Below, piece after piece: positions 49,181 to 63,980 of a DNA stretch of 64,000 nucleotides (the stretch's first letter is position 1; every line of letters begins with the position of its first letter). The notes below the pieces were generated by a model. The model ran no database searches. It saw only the letters and a list, made by a program, of their open reading frames with translations, and was not told the origin of the DNA. Source of the DNA: Octopus vulgaris (lineage: Eukaryota); the NCBI GenBank assembly GCA_951406725.2, contig OX597831.1, forward strand, positions 32,240,001 to 32,304,000, read 5' to 3'. A program made the translations under genes and the position numbers.

Positions 49181-49412
49181 GCTATGTGGGGTCATATGAT
49201 CTTCATTCACCAAGAGATGGTAGTTTTAGAGTTAAGACCTTATAGATGTGGAGACATACATCCTGGGCTTAATACATACATAAGTGACCTGACCTCCACT
49301 TACAACAACAACTACTATTGGTACCACCCTCACCACTGCCACCACTACTACCACCATCATTACTACTACTACTACTACTACTACTACCGACACCACTGCA
49401 ACTACCAACATC

Positions 49413-49443
<31 letters not shown>

Positions 49444-49763
49444 CAACATAATCATAATAATAATAATACCAACATCATTACCATCACTGCCACTGTCATT
49501 ACTATCACCATCACTCACATCATCATCATCATAACTGCTGCCATCACCATCACCACCACCACTGCAGAATTTTCTGATGGCCAACCTCCCTATATTCCAT
49601 TAACATCCACAAAAATATTGAACTGCTGATCAAAGGATACATTTTGTTTATTAAACAACACATTATATACATCATTATTTTTGTTATTTATGTTATTAAG
49701 CAGTGGTTGTTTGGAGAAGGGGGGGTAGCTGTAATGTGGGCCAAAAAAACAAGAGAAAATAAA

Positions 49764-49797
<34 letters not shown>

Positions 49798-51344
49798 TTG
49801 CAAGTAGTTCTGAAGAATGGTTAAAGAGTTATTGAATTTATATTTCATTCCTGATTACTGACATTGATACACACACACACACACACGTATGTATGTCTAT
49901 ATGACTTTGGTTTTAAGAATGAGAGAAATAGAACTCAATAAAATAATGATATAATTCTTGTTAACCGAGAAATCAGTGATGCAAGGGCCTACAGTTCAGT
50001 ACCAATGCTCTTATCAAAAAGGGTTAGCAATCAGAAAGGGGACCTGGCTATTAAACATAAACCCTTACCTCAAAATCTCCCATCTAACATATGTAAACAT
50101 GGAAAGGCAAACATTTCAAAAAAAACACTAATGGCTGTATCAGGTCAACTCTTGTAACAAGTAGAGTTCCCTTGAGTGCATTAACCCTCTCAGATCTGGG
50201 CCCGTCTTTAATTTTATCCTCCACCTGGGCCCCTGAGCAAAAAATAGTTACTTATACAGCTTAAGAATAACAATTTCAGGCAAAGTTATGGGCAGGGTCA
50301 TCCCAGAAAAAGTTCAGAAGCATACCAAAAGACCTTTCTTTCAAGTATTGTATTTGTTCCTTGCAGGAAAACTAATGGACAGAATTACAGATTAATAAAA
50401 AAAAAAAAAGTAAAAAAGTAAAAAAGAGAGAGAGAATAATGATAATAATAGGCCTGTCTAAGTAATTGCTTCCAATTGGGATTCTCCTAATATCACACAA
50501 GGTGTAACAGATAACCACCATATTTGTTCACCTAAACTGGCTATTTTCCTACTTTCATTATCCAAATCACCAATTGCTTGCATACACGTAAGCTATTTGC
50601 CTGAATTTCATGTTAAATATGTTAATTTATGTTCCAAACATTAACTTAATAATCATCATCATCATCATCATCATTTAACATCCATTGTCCATGCTGGCAT
50701 GGGTTGGACAGTTTGACCAGGCTGGCATGCTGGACAGTTGCACCAGGCTCCAGTGTGATTTGGCATGGTTTTCTACAGCAGGATGCCCTTCCTAATGTCA
50801 ACCACTCTGAGAGTGAAATGGATGCTTTTATGTGCCAGCGGCACGGGTGCCGTTTGAGTAAACACTGGGGTGCTTTTAATAATAACAAAGTTATTTTACA
50901 AACAAAAGCAATGTATTTCAACAGAAATATGGTAACAAAAAGGTTAAAGTGATAAAATTATTTTACTAAATCCTTCACTATTTTCAAGATGGAGACCAAC
51001 TTTACCTTTGGCAGGGTGGAGATTGATAAAATATAGTAGCAGTCTAGTGCAGGACATTGGTCTGTCAGAATTGTTAAAATGGTGAACAAAATATTTTGCA
51101 GTTGTTGAAATGATTCTTTATGTTCTGAGTTCAAATCCCACTGAAACCAATTTTGCCTTTCACCCCTGTGAGGTCGTTAGAGAAAAGTACCAATCACTTA
51201 CTGATACTAATGTAATTGATTATTCCCTTCCTCCAGGCTTGAGGCAGGCCTTGTGTTTAATTGGGGAAATTAATATTAATAATCATAAATATATACATAC
51301 ATACACACATTCTCTCTCTCATTGAGATAATAATGACAGCATCC

Positions 51345-51783
51345 ATCATTGTTTTAATAGCCACTTTTCCATGCTTGTATGGGTTAGATGGAATTCGTTG
51401 AAGTAGATTTTCTATGCTCTTCCTGTTGTCAAACCTCCCCTAATCAGGATAATATTTCCTGATGGTCAGGTATGTTTTTATGGTGGACACTTGTCCACTA
51501 CAGTAGTGTAATGTCAAAATGAGTAGGGACACAAACAATGTGTGTGTGTGTATGTGTGTGTGTGTGTGTGTATGTGTGTGTGTGTGTATGTGTGTGTGTA
51601 TACATATGTATATGATAGTTATTTTTCTTTCAGTTTCTGTCTACCAAATCAATCACAAGGTTCTTTGGTTAGCCTAGGGCTATAAATGAAGATACTTGCC
51701 CAAAATGCTACACAGAGAGATTGAACCTGAAACCACATAATTGGAAAGCAAACATTTTAACCACATACCCATGCCGGCACCTA
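51345..51783 (-). mobile_element. SINE with family A head, (CA/TG)n and alternative tail H
   Basis: The head (51625-51783) matches family A. The tail matches 10750-10985, 27185-27440, 41612-41860 and 60315-60540. Confidence 0.7.
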
Positions 51784-52499
51784 TCATTATTACCCCTCCT
51801 ACTTTTGAACTGGCTTCACTTCTTCCTAAATACATCATTTGTTACCAGTTTTTCACTGATGAAGTGAAGGCTCCAAGAAAATTTAAGACATTTTGAAAAG
51901 TACCAGAACCACTTGAAGAACAAGAAAATGGAACACTTCCACCAACTGACAGAAAGTAATAGATGTACAGGTGAGAGAGTGATTAACTAAGCAATAGTTT
52001 CCAATTGGGATTGTCCCAATATCACACAAGGTGTAACAGATAATTACCATGTCAATGAAGGCTCATGCTATTGGTTACACATTAATTTTTGCAGCCAGTA
52101 AATAAACTGCATCAACAATGCTAAACCATGAAGTGGTAGAAGAGACAACGATGGTTCCACTGTAGAACAATACATTACATCAATGTATTTAATGCATCAT
52201 GCACTAAAACCTTTCATGTTGGTCGAAAAAACATCAAGAATAGAGACTCTTTGCAATAGAGGTGAGAATATAAATGGTTGTGGAAAGATAGCATTTTGCC
52301 AAATTTCTATTCAAATACAAACTTCTTGTTTCGATTTGATCTGAACTGAAACCTTCCACCAAAGTTTGAAGTTACATTCCAAGAATCAATTTAATAAGGG
52401 TAGTTAATTTACAAAATTCTTCATTATTTCTTGGATTAATTGAAATAAAGGCAGTGTATTTCAACAGAAATTTGGTAACAAAAGGGTTAATGGGTCAAT

Positions 52500-53110
52500 G
52501 CTGGGAAAACAGGAAGATCTATTTCAAGAAGCAAGACAAATATATACTCCAGAAATCTGATGTCTTAGAAAAAAAAAACGTCATTCAGAAGTTAGATTTT
52601 GGTAGGTTTCTGTGTTTTAGCAATTCTGATGCTATTGACCATACCAAAGTATTACAGGCATCAATGTGAGAATCTGTAAATGCAGTTCCGAAATTCACTA
52701 TTTTCTTTCTCTTCCCACCATGAATCTTCAATGAATATGTGCACCGTTCTTTGTGGATCTGCACCAAAGAACTAACCCCACTGCTGCAGAGCAGCAAAAC
52801 CAAATGACTGACACATCCTGCAACATTTCATCGGAATCAAAATTTTTGGTAGAACTATTGATTGGCGCCTTTTGGATATCAAAATAAAAGGAATGTGGAG
52901 AAATTACAGAAGAGTCTTTAAATGCATTCCTACCCTTTTCTATCACCTATTTATTTATGCAAGTTGGCATTTTCATTATCAACAAACATCAAAACGAAGA
53001 AATGACATTGTCTATTATCAGTGAAGGCTGAACTATGCAACACTTTGTCAAAATATTCCACCAAGACTAAATTAAATTTATTAATTACATCAAAGTCAGC
53101 TGTCTCATTA
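52500..53110 (+). pseudogene. hAT Charlie/Buster-type transposase C-terminal (dimerisation) fragment
   Basis: Reads ...QNQMTDTSCNISSESKFLVELLIGAFWISK*KECGEITEESLNAFLPFSITYL...IKTKK...LSKYS/IPPRL...QSQLSH*, matching FW----EYP-----A---L-PF-TTYLCE-GFS...IKTK...Q-SH*. Confidence 0.8.
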
Positions 53111-53474
53111 ATTTAGTAACAAACATTTAATTATGCCTCGCTGTTTACACGTATTACTAGTTTGCGATAGATAATTTAATAATTTTTTCTGTGTTATTAT
53201 ATGACTTCTTAGGATGTTTGGGGGTTAGTTATCAGGGGGCAAGGTGTACAGCAATATTTTAAAATATTCTCTCTGTGTACTGTATGGTGACAAAGGGTCG
53301 AAGTTACTGCCTTAACATAATTTTCAAGCAGAAACATGTGACCCAGGGTGGTGAGGCAAGGTTGACCCATAGTATTATAGAGTGGCAACAAAATGAAACA
53401 TCAGTTGTGAGTATCTGAAAATATCATATACAACAGAATAGCACAAATACACATACATAACTAAGTATACACAT

Positions 53475-53853
53475 ACAGGTATGGCTTGATTCCCAACCAC
53501 ATGGTTCTGAGTTCAGTCCCACCTTGGGCAAGTGTCTTCTACTATAGCTTTGAACTGACCAATATTTTGTTAGTGGATTTGGTAGACAAAAACTGAAAGG
53601 CCCATCATCATGTGTGTATGTATGTGTGTGTATATATATATATATATGTGTGTGTCTGTGTTTGTCCCACCACTACTTGGCAACTGGTGTTGGTGTGTTT
53701 CCATCATTGTAACTTAGCAGTTCAATCAAAAGAGAGAGAGGGAATAAATACCAGGCTTTAAAGAAAAAAGTGTTAGGGTTGATTCGTTTGACTAAAATTC
53801 TTCAAGATGGTGCCCCAGCATGGCCACAGTCTAATGACTGAAACTAATAAAAG
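53475..53853 (+). mobile_element. SINE family A
   Basis: Matches family A head and tail. Confidence 0.8.
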
Positions 53854-54003
53854 ATACATAACTGAGTATAGACACAGCTCTCTTTGCTGGCTAAGATGTC
53901 AGACAAAATGACCAAAGATAACTGATCCATACATGACATAATGGTAGCACTGAAGTTACAACGAATGTAAACCATTTCTTGCCAATTCTTATCTGAAAAA
54001 GCA

Positions 54004-54180
54004 TTAACCCTTTTGATACTAACCTGTCTGAGACCACTCCTGATTCTATGATGCAAATTCCCAGTTTAAAAATTATCAAAATGAAAACCTCCCATCAAAA
54101 TTTCATGTTAATTTATGTTCTAAACACCACCCTTAATAATGTCAAAATAATATTCCTAAATTCTTCCTTATTTTCAAAGT
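54004..54180 (+). mobile_element. TTAA/piggyBac-like MITE, 5' part (family G)
   Basis: Begins TTAACCCTTTTG. Homologous pieces end GTAACAAAAGGGTTAA at ~52490, with similar ends at ~50948 and ~60092, giving TIRs inside TTAA. Confidence 0.6.
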
Positions 54181-55419
54181 TACATACACACATGTATATA
54201 CACATACATCTTGAGTTTCCATCTGTCCTAAGCAAGCAAGGAAAAGCAATTGTTAAAGCAAAGCTATGGTGATACATAAATAAAGACATATCTAATATTA
54301 TTCACACACATACATAATATTATATATAATTATATACAATAAATGCGGCAGGATTATTTTGCTTTTAATCAATGTCTGAATAAAACAGTTGTCTGTCCTC
54401 TACAGGAAATGTTAGAATTCATTCAATAATAAGTATTTGTTGATAACAAAGCACTTTTTAAGGTTACGTACTGTGTCTCCATTGCTGCATGTATTAGATT
54501 TCGCAGCTTGTCAATATGTATTATGTGAAGCTGAAGAACAAGGCTCCGATTGATAGCAGTTGTTTAAGTAATATATAGCTGATATCTGCAGAAAGTTATG
54601 GAATTTCAAATGAGATCCAGTTGCAAGATGTAAAACAGATGACAAAATATTAAGACAAGTGATGAGACACTCTAAAGCAAATCAACATACCCACCCGCCC
54701 ACCCACACACACAATTTAACTGGTGCCATTATGAGAAGAAAAATAAAGAAACAGAAATCAGAAATTAGCATATATAGGCACAAGTGTGGTTGTGTCATTA
54801 AAAAGCTTGTGTTACAACCACATAATTCCAGGTTCAGTCCCACTGTGTGGTACCCTGAGCAAGTGTCTTCTACTACAGCCCCCGGGCTAACCAATGTGTT
54901 GTGAGTGAATTTGGAAACTGTGTGGAAGCATGTCATAAATCATCATCGTTTAACATCTGTTTTCCATGCTGTCATGGGTTGGACAGTTTGCCAAGAACTG
55001 ACAAGACAGAAGACTGCACCAAGCTCTGCCGTCTGCTTTGGTATGGTTTCTACAGTTTGATGCCTTTCCTAACACTCAACCACTTTACAGAGTGGCACTG
55101 TGTGCTTTTCATGTGACACCTGCTGCAGTGAGGTCACCAAATAACTTGTAAGAGAAGCCCCCCCCCCCACTCAAATGAAAGTCTGAGTAGTATCGTGGAA
55201 GGTGGCTTTGTGCCGGAAAATGAAAGGTTAGAATATGAATAGAATGTGACAACGAAGCATCTTGCAGTAGAGAAGATAAATGGGTGTGTGTGTGTTTGTC
55301 ACCCCATTTTCAATAGTGGTACTTATTTTATCAATTTTTATGTTGAACTGCTAAGTTATGGCAGATAAACAACAGCACCAATTTTTCGGTACCATCAACC
55401 TAAAGACACATGTGTATAC

Positions 55420-55629
55420 ATTCTTTTATTTGTTTCAGTCATTTGACTGCAGCCATGCTGGAGCACAGCCTTTAGTTGAGCAAATTGACCCTAGAACTTA
55501 TTCTTTGTAAGCCTAGTACTTACTCTATCAGTCCCTTTTTGCCAAACCGCTAAGTTATGGGGACATAAACACACCAGCATCGGTTGTCAGGCGATGTTGG
55601 TGGGGACAAACACAGACATACAAACATGC

Positions 55630-55666
<37 letters not shown>

Positions 55667-56177
55667 TTCGACAGGCTTCTTTCAGTTTCCATCTACGAAA
55701 TCCACTCACAAAGCTTTGGTTGGCCTGAGGCTATAGTAGAGGGCACTTGCCCAAGGTGCCATGCAGTGGGACTGAACTTAGAACCATGTGGTTGGTAAGG
55801 AAGTTACTTACCACACAGCCACTCCTGTGCCTATACACACACACATATCTTTTTTTTATTTGTTTCAGTCATTAGACTGTTATATTTTTAAGCCTGGTAC
55901 CTATTCTGTCAGTCTCTTTTTGCCTAACTGCTAAGTTACAGAAACATAAACACACAAACACTGATTGTCAAGCAGTGGTGGAGGACAAACACAGATACAG
56001 CGTCGCATATGCATACATACGATGGGCTTCTTTCAGTTTCCATCCACCATATCCACTAACAAGGCTTTAGTTGGTCCGAGGCTATAGTCGAAGACACTTG
56101 CCCAAGGTGCCACACAGTGGAACTGAACCCAGAACCATGTGATTGGGAAGCAAGTTTCCCACCACACAACCACACCT
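55420..56177 (-). mobile_element. two tandem SINE family A copies (55420-55832, 55855-56177)
   Basis: Both RC match 31514-31912. Confidence 0.88.
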
Positions 56178-59100
56178 GAAGATTTATATACGTAACAGTG
56201 AGTGGCCTTCAGAGATTATAAACAAACACAGTAGACCAAATACATGCGCATATACACAGACATATATACACACACACATACACACACATATACATACATA
56301 CAATGGGCCTCTTTCAGTTTCCATCAACCAAATTCATTCATATGTCTTTGGTCTCAGCCCTGGGCTGACACTTTCTTCAGGTGTTGTTTAGTGTGACTGA
56401 ACTTGAAATGATGGGTTTGGGAAACAAATTTTTTTACTACAGAACCAGGTCTACATGTGAGTGAGTGTTCCCATATATAACGAACCAAGTCACATCATAA
56501 TAGGAAGGGGTCATTATGGAGAGAAAGAGAGAGAGTGGCAAACTGACAGACGAGAAGAAAGACAGACATCTGTTGCCAGTTAATGGTAATCAACTTTAAG
56601 GAAACCTTTCGAAAAAAATGTACCCAGACAATAGTATTAAGAAGCAGGAGCAGGGATACATACATATAGTTGAAAACACATACACATATACTCATATACA
56701 CATATATACTGTATACACACACACACACAACACACATACATCTACATAAATTGTAAAACACAAACATATACATATATTTACACATTCATATATACAGATA
56801 TATGTTTATATATACACACAAATTTTTACATGCATACATATGAAGTTATGGTAAACAAATGGAAAGATACAAAACAAAAAAACAAAACAAATCAAAGAAA
56901 GCTACAAATAAAACAAAGTTAGACATATAAACAAAGAAAACAATTTTAGATAAAACAGATCATCATCATCATCATCATCATCATAAACACAAGCATAAAT
57001 ATTACACAGAAGGAAACAAATTTATGCCTGAGACTGTCTTTGGGTTTATCTAATGGCTGTTTGGATAGGAATCGTTCAACTCAATACCAAACAAATGGTA
57101 GGAAAACACTAAAGTACTATTAAGGTACACACTGTTGCATTGGTGCTGTTTTGGTTGCTGAGTCTGAGAAAATATACTGGAATGGAAGACAAAGGGAACA
57201 GAGGGAACATAAGTCCTGGGGTCGATCTGCTCGACTAAAGGCGGTGCTCCAGCATGGCCACAGTCAAATGACTGAAACAAGTAAAAGAGAAAAGAGAGAG
57301 GGAAACAGTGATTGATGAGTGATGGAAAAAATAAAGATTTAGGAAAAAAAAAACCCAAAATGGAAAATAATATTTTTTTCTACTCTAGGCACAAGGCCTG
57401 AAATTTTGGGGGAGGGGGCCAGTTAATTAGATTGACACCAGTACTTGACTGGTACTTAATTTATCGACCCCAAAAGATGAAAGGCACGCCCGCCGTTCTA
57501 ATGTCTCTGCCAGCTCGCCACCTTAAAATTGAAAATAATATTACAAAAGAATGAGTTATTTGTATGTATTAAAGGTGTAGGTGTGGCTGTGTGGTTAAGA
57601 AGTTTGCTTCTCAACCACATGGTTTCAGGTTCAATCCCAGTCACAGACTGATTGAAGTCTTGAGTAAATTTTGTAGATGGAAACTTAATGAAGCTCATAT
57701 ATGGAAAGTAAACTTCTTAAGCAGAAAAGCAATTAAATATAATCCAGTCACATTGTTTTTTCTGTTGATTCAATCAATTAAAATCAATAACAGAAAGTAA
57801 ATCTATAAATGGATGAAGGTGAGAGGAGAGGGGAGGACCAACCAAAAGCTTCTCCCCAAAAGCAAAAACATTTTGGACCCATGATATAAACAACAAAGGA
57901 CAAATAAAAAATGAAAATAAAAACAAAATAAACAATAAAAAGGCAAGGATTGGACAAAAAAAGAATGCTGAAACAAAGGGGAGTGCTGGTTTCAAATTTT
58001 GGCACAAGGCCTGCAATTTGGGGGAGGTGGGTAAGCAGACTACATCGACCCCAGCGCCCAACTGGTACTTATTTTACTGACCCTCAAAAGTATGAAATGC
58101 CTTTTGGTGTGCTAATAACTGCCAGCTTGCCACCTTAACAAAAGAAAACATTTAAAAAAAAAACAAAATAAAGGGCCTACCCCCCAGGGTAAAGCCGAAA
58201 ACAAATAATAATGTAAAAGAAAGAAATTAATAGGATTGGATATTCAAATGTGAAGAACGTTGAAATAAGGTAAAAACTGTTTGGTGAGGAATTGTGGGAA
58301 GATGGACAGAGGGGAAGATAAAAGCAGAAACGAATATGTTTGAAGATAGAAGAATTCCAAAGATTACAGTTGGAACAAATGTTTATGAAGGGAAGTATGG
58401 ACAACACCACCACCGCTGCCAGCTTCACTACTAACATAATCAACAGCAGTAGTAGTATCACCACAACCATCATCATCATCAGCATCACAACAACACCACT
58501 GCCAACATCAGCACCAACTTCACTTCTAATGTAAATAGCAACACAGCACCACAGCACCACATCATCATAACCACCAACATGAACATCACCAATACTGTCA
58601 ACACCACTACTTCATCACTACTACAACCAGCACTACAATAATCACCACCATCTCTACAACCACTGACGTCATTGCTACAATGACCATAAGCTCTGTCATT
58701 GTGACCTCAACTACAATGACCACAAGAACAAGAACCACACCACACAATCAGCCAGCACTACAACATCCACCACTGCTACTAAAACAACCACCACAAGAAC
58801 TACCACAACAACCCTGGCCATGATGACCACCACCACCACCACCACCATCATCACAATCTTAAGCTCCATTAACCAGCTCTTGTGATGATGATGATAATGT
58901 ATAAGAAGGTAAAGATGAAGAAGATGAAGATGAAAACAATGATAAAGGTTGTAGCATGTATGGGTGGTGGTGGTGATGGTGGGTGCTATGGATTGTGTTT
59001 GATGTTTCTTGTGGAATATTCCCATGCCTCCTTCCACTACGACCACCACCTCCCAACCCATTCACTTCAGATCAAATGTTATTTTATGGGTCACTATTCT

Positions 59101-60654
59101 TCATTTCGCATTCACTCCAAACTTTAACAAGGATTACTTCTCATCTTTTTCTTCAACACCAACCGACATTTCCATAATCTCTCTTTATGTATATTTTACC
59201 ATTTTAGGTTTGTTTGTTTATATATTTATTATTTTTTTTTGTTGGTTTGTTTGGTTGAATGGTTCCGTTCTGGTTTTGGTTTGGTCGCTCTCAACATTCT
59301 GGATTGATTGAACTATCTTTCCTAGATGGATGGATCTCTCTCTCACTCTCTTTTTCTTTAGCCAAATGCTATCCAAACGAAAAAATATTGGTGGTGCAGA
59401 CCAATACAAGAACCTCTCTGCAGTAACTAGGTCCAAAAATAACAGCCAACTCTCCCTCAGATCAAATTTTACTGTTTTAGTGCTTTTGGTACAAACCTGC
59501 CTGACATTGCTCCTGGTTCTCTTATACAAATTTGGTAAATGGTTTTTCATAAAGGAACCATCTTCATCATTTAATGTCCATTTTCTATGTTGGAATAGGT
59601 TGGACAGTTTGACAGGAGCTGACCAGCTGGGCTAGGTTCCAACTGTCTATTCTGGCATGTTACTACAGCTTGATGCCCTTCATAATGCCAACCATTTTAC
59701 AGAAGGTACTGGGTGCTTTTTATGTGGAGTCAGCACAAAAACAACAGAAATTGAACCTGTAAAGTTTTGATATTATTTTAGAATAGTTATTTTTTTTTTT
59801 TTTAACATTGGTTGGAAGTTTCAACTTGATAGAAAATGGTATTTTTGGGTGTGTCATGCCTTTAATGATAGTATTATAAAATTAAATATAAACCATTCTT
59901 GACTCCAACATGCCTGAGGCTAATACAGAGTTCTAGGATACAAACTTCTTGTTTTAAAATGATCTAAACTAAAACCCTCCACAAAAAATTATATTCTAAA
60001 CACTAACTTATTTTATTAAATTCTTTGTATTTTTGAAACTGAGGGACAAAAAGGCAGTGTATTTCAATAGAGATATGATGACAAAAGGGTTATGAAAAGA
60101 AAGGTCACATTGAATAATATAGTCCTAGATACATTATGTGTGAAAAAATAATTAAAAACAAAAACAAAAAATCAGACAGGATGGTGATGGCGATTTAAGT
60201 TTTCAAATCTTTGTCCACAGGTCAGTCTGCTGGATCAGAGCTGATCTGAGGTTAAATGATAATGAATGTTCAACATTACCATATATAGCAAGAACAAACT
60301 GATATACTTTCTCATCCTTATATGGGTCAAATGAAATGTGCTGCAGCAGATTTTCGACAGCTGATGCTCTTCCAGTTACCAATCCTTACCTGCTGCCAAA
60401 TCAGGTCAGTCTGAACTTGGGCCAGGTGGTTTCATGAAAGAATGTAAAGAGAAGACACCATTTTTGTATGAATGGCGACTGTTTACAATCATCACACAAA
60501 TATCAAGACAAGGGGCACATGCACACACACACACACACATGTATATGACAGGCTTCCCACAGTTTCCATCTATCAAACTCACACACAAGGTGTTGGTTGA
60601 CCTGAGATTATAGTAAACAACACTTACCCAAGGTACCACAGAAGTGGACAAAAT

Positions 60655-60872
60655 ACTGGCTTCTAATTTTGGCACAAGGCCAGCAATTTTGGGGGCAGGG
60701 GTAAGTTAATTACATCGACCCAGTGCTCAACTGGTACTTATTTCATCAACCCCAAAAGGATGAACAGCAAAGTTGACCTCAGCTGAATTTGAACTCAGAA
60801 TGTAAAGACAGATGAAATGCCGCTAAGCATTCTGCATAGTGCGGTAAGGGCTCTGTCGGCGCTCACTGCCTT
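60655..60872 (-). mobile_element. SINE family B
   Basis: Matches the family B unit. Confidence 0.85.
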
Positions 60873-60904
60873 CAAGTGAACACAATATCAACATTATATA
60901 TATT

Positions 60905-61295
60905 TACTCTTTTACTCTTTTACTTGTTTCAGTCATTTGACTGCAGCCATGCTGGAGCACCGCCTTTAGTCGAGCAAGTCGACTCCGGGACTTATTCTTT
61001 GTAAGCCCAGTACTTATTCTATCAGTCTCTTTTGCCGAACCGCTAAGTGACGGGGATGTAAACACACCAGCATCGGTTGTCAAGCAATGCTAGGGGGACA
61101 AACACACACACACACATATATATATACATATATACGACAGGCTTCTTTCAGTTTCCGTCTACCAAATCCACTCAAGGCATTGGTCGGCCCAGGGCTATAG
61201 CAGAAGACACTTGCCCAAGATGCCACGCAGTGGGACTGAACCCGGAACCATGTGGTTGATTAGCAAGCTACTTACCACACAGCCACTCCTGCGCC
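60905..61295 (-). mobile_element. SINE family A, full length
   Basis: RC is nearly identical to 31514-31912. Confidence 0.92.
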
Positions 61296-61526
61296 TTTAT
61301 ATTTTTTTTTTTTTTTTTTTCCATATTTAACCCTGCAAAAAATACATTCCAAACAAAACAGACATTACAAAACTCAGAAAAGAAAAAAAAAACATAGAAA
61401 CACCCACCCAGCTGTGTGAGACAATTTTAAACACAAGACACAGAAAATGAAGTTAGAGATGTGGAATGTCATAAAAATAATTAAGACAAATCATAAATCA
61501 CACACACATCCATCTACATATATGTG

Positions 61527-61570
<44 letters not shown>

Positions 61571-62274
61571 CACACACACACATAGATAATATACAGAATA
61601 ACCTTAACAAATATTAGCCACAAGAATTTTAAGCATTATCAAGGTTTGGTTGGGGGGGTTTTCTTTTCCGTTTTTGTTATTTTTCAATTGATATTCTATA
61701 CTTACTAGCATCAAGATGTATTAATAGTCGAAAATACAGTTGGTGTTGATCTAAAGTAACATCCTTTTCCACTGTCTACACTTTTCTCTTGTGGTGCTTC
61801 TCTTGGTCAGTTTTACATACAATAGGAAACTCTCTTTCCAGCCTCCCACACAGAAGAGCTATTATTGGCTCTTTCCTTTCCCCCCGCCAACCACAAAACA
61901 AAACAAAAAAAATACACATGCAACCTTCTGTTGTTGAAGCAAGATTGCAATTATTATTATTATTATTATTAGTAGCAGTATTACTGCTAGTAGTATTAGT
62001 AGTAGTAGTAGTAGCAACAGTAGTAGAAGGCTATTTAGAGACAACAAACAAGTCTCCTCTTGTTAGGTTAAAAATCTTATTACTCACAGCTGTAGAAATT
62101 TAAGCCCAAGCAACATTAAATGAATGAATAAATAGATGATAATAATAATAATAATAATAATAATAATAGTGATAATAATAATGGAAATAATTTTAAAAAA
62201 AAGAAAAGAAAAACACATTCCAGAAACGAGGATACAAGCTGATTATGAAAGTAGAGAGACTAGAATAATAACAA

Positions 62275-62492
62275 TCCTTTCTACGATAGGCACAAGGCCT
62301 GGAATTTTGGGGAAGAGGGGACTAAGTCGATTACATCGACCCCCAGTGTTTCACTGGTACTTAATTTATCGACCCCCGAAAGAACGAAAGGCAAAGTCGA
62401 CCTCCGTGGAATTTGAACTCAGAATGTAGCAACAGGCAAAATACTGCCAAGCATTTTGTCCAGCATGCTAACCATTCTGCCAGCTCACTGCC

Positions 62493-62547
<55 letters not shown>

Positions 62548-62690
62548 TAATAATAATAATAATATTGGCTTCAGTTTTTGGCACAGAAATTTTGCTGAAG
62601 TGGGTAAGTCAATTACATTGACCCCAATATCCAACTGGTACTTATTTGACTCCCAAAAGGATGAAAGGCAAAGTCAACCTTGGCAGAATA
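62275..62690 (-). mobile_element. two tandem SINE family B copies separated by (AAT)n
   Basis: Same head-to-tail arrangement as the 6.5-8.3 kb cluster. Confidence 0.85.
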
Positions 62691-63467
62691 TGCATGTGCT
62701 TGGTGTACCCTTATTGGCTGAATAGCCATGATGGGTACTTTAGGCTTTGTATATTTGTACCCCAATGTCACATGCATTGCTCTCTCTCACCCAATAATAA
62801 TAATAATAATAATAATTAAAGACTACCACAATCCAAGCCAGAATCTGAAGGAAACGGTGAGGACTGGGACAGGGGTTGAAGGAAGACTTGTAGGCACTAA
62901 GTAAAGGTGTTGGTTTTGGTAAAAAGGAAATCCCATGCTGGCAGCAGTACTATCAACCCCTCCAGTCACAAAGCCAACCTCTTACCATATCTCATCTTTG
63001 GAGAAAAATAAATATTTTCATCACTGAAGAATAAACATTTCTGATGAAGAATATACACACACACAGACACATGTGTGCGTGTGTGTGAAAGAGCCTGAAA
63101 AGTCTGGTTATGGGACAAAATGAAAAGCTATGAAATACAAGAATTATACAGCATACACATTCTTTCTCACACTCACACACATGTAATACACACACACACA
63201 CATACACTATTACACACTTCTGCACTTAAGTGTACCACTCTAAAACCTCACATACATACACCTACACACACACACACACACACACACATGCCTAAATACA
63301 CTACCATACACAGAAACACAACAGCTCTCCCTGACACATGCATACACCTATATATAGCCACATGTGTACACACACCATGCCCCCACCCCACCCACACACA
63401 CAGAATGATAGTATTAAAGTGGATAGAGAGAAGAAAATAATTCAAAATATTGCCTTTAAGATTGTTG

Positions 63468-63510
<43 letters not shown>

Positions 63511-63572
63511 TATATAGAAGGAGCTTCTACAGGACTAGTACTGTTTCATTCAAGAGAAATCTTCAGGAAGCA

Positions 63573-63659
<87 letters not shown>

Positions 63660-63662
<3 letters not shown>

Positions 63663-63980
63663 GTGGTTGTGTGGTAAGAAGCTTGCTTCCCAACCATGTA
63701 GTTCCAGGTTCAGTTCCTCTGTGTGGCATCTTTGACAACTATTTTTATTGCCCTTGTTATAGCCTTTGGCTAACTAAAGTCTTGGGAGTGGATTTGGTAG
63801 AGGAAAACTGATAGAAGCCCCTTGTGTGTGTACATAGACATGGAGTGGGGTTATTCCCCACCATCACATGACAACTGGTTTTGGTGTACTTACTTCTCTG
63901 TAACTTAGCAGTTTAGCAAAAGAGGCTGATAGAATAAGTGTGAAAAAAAGAAAAAAAAATCTGAGGTCAATTCAGGCAGA
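63660..63980 (+). mobile_element. SINE family A following (TA)n
   Basis: Matches family A head and tail. Confidence 0.8.
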
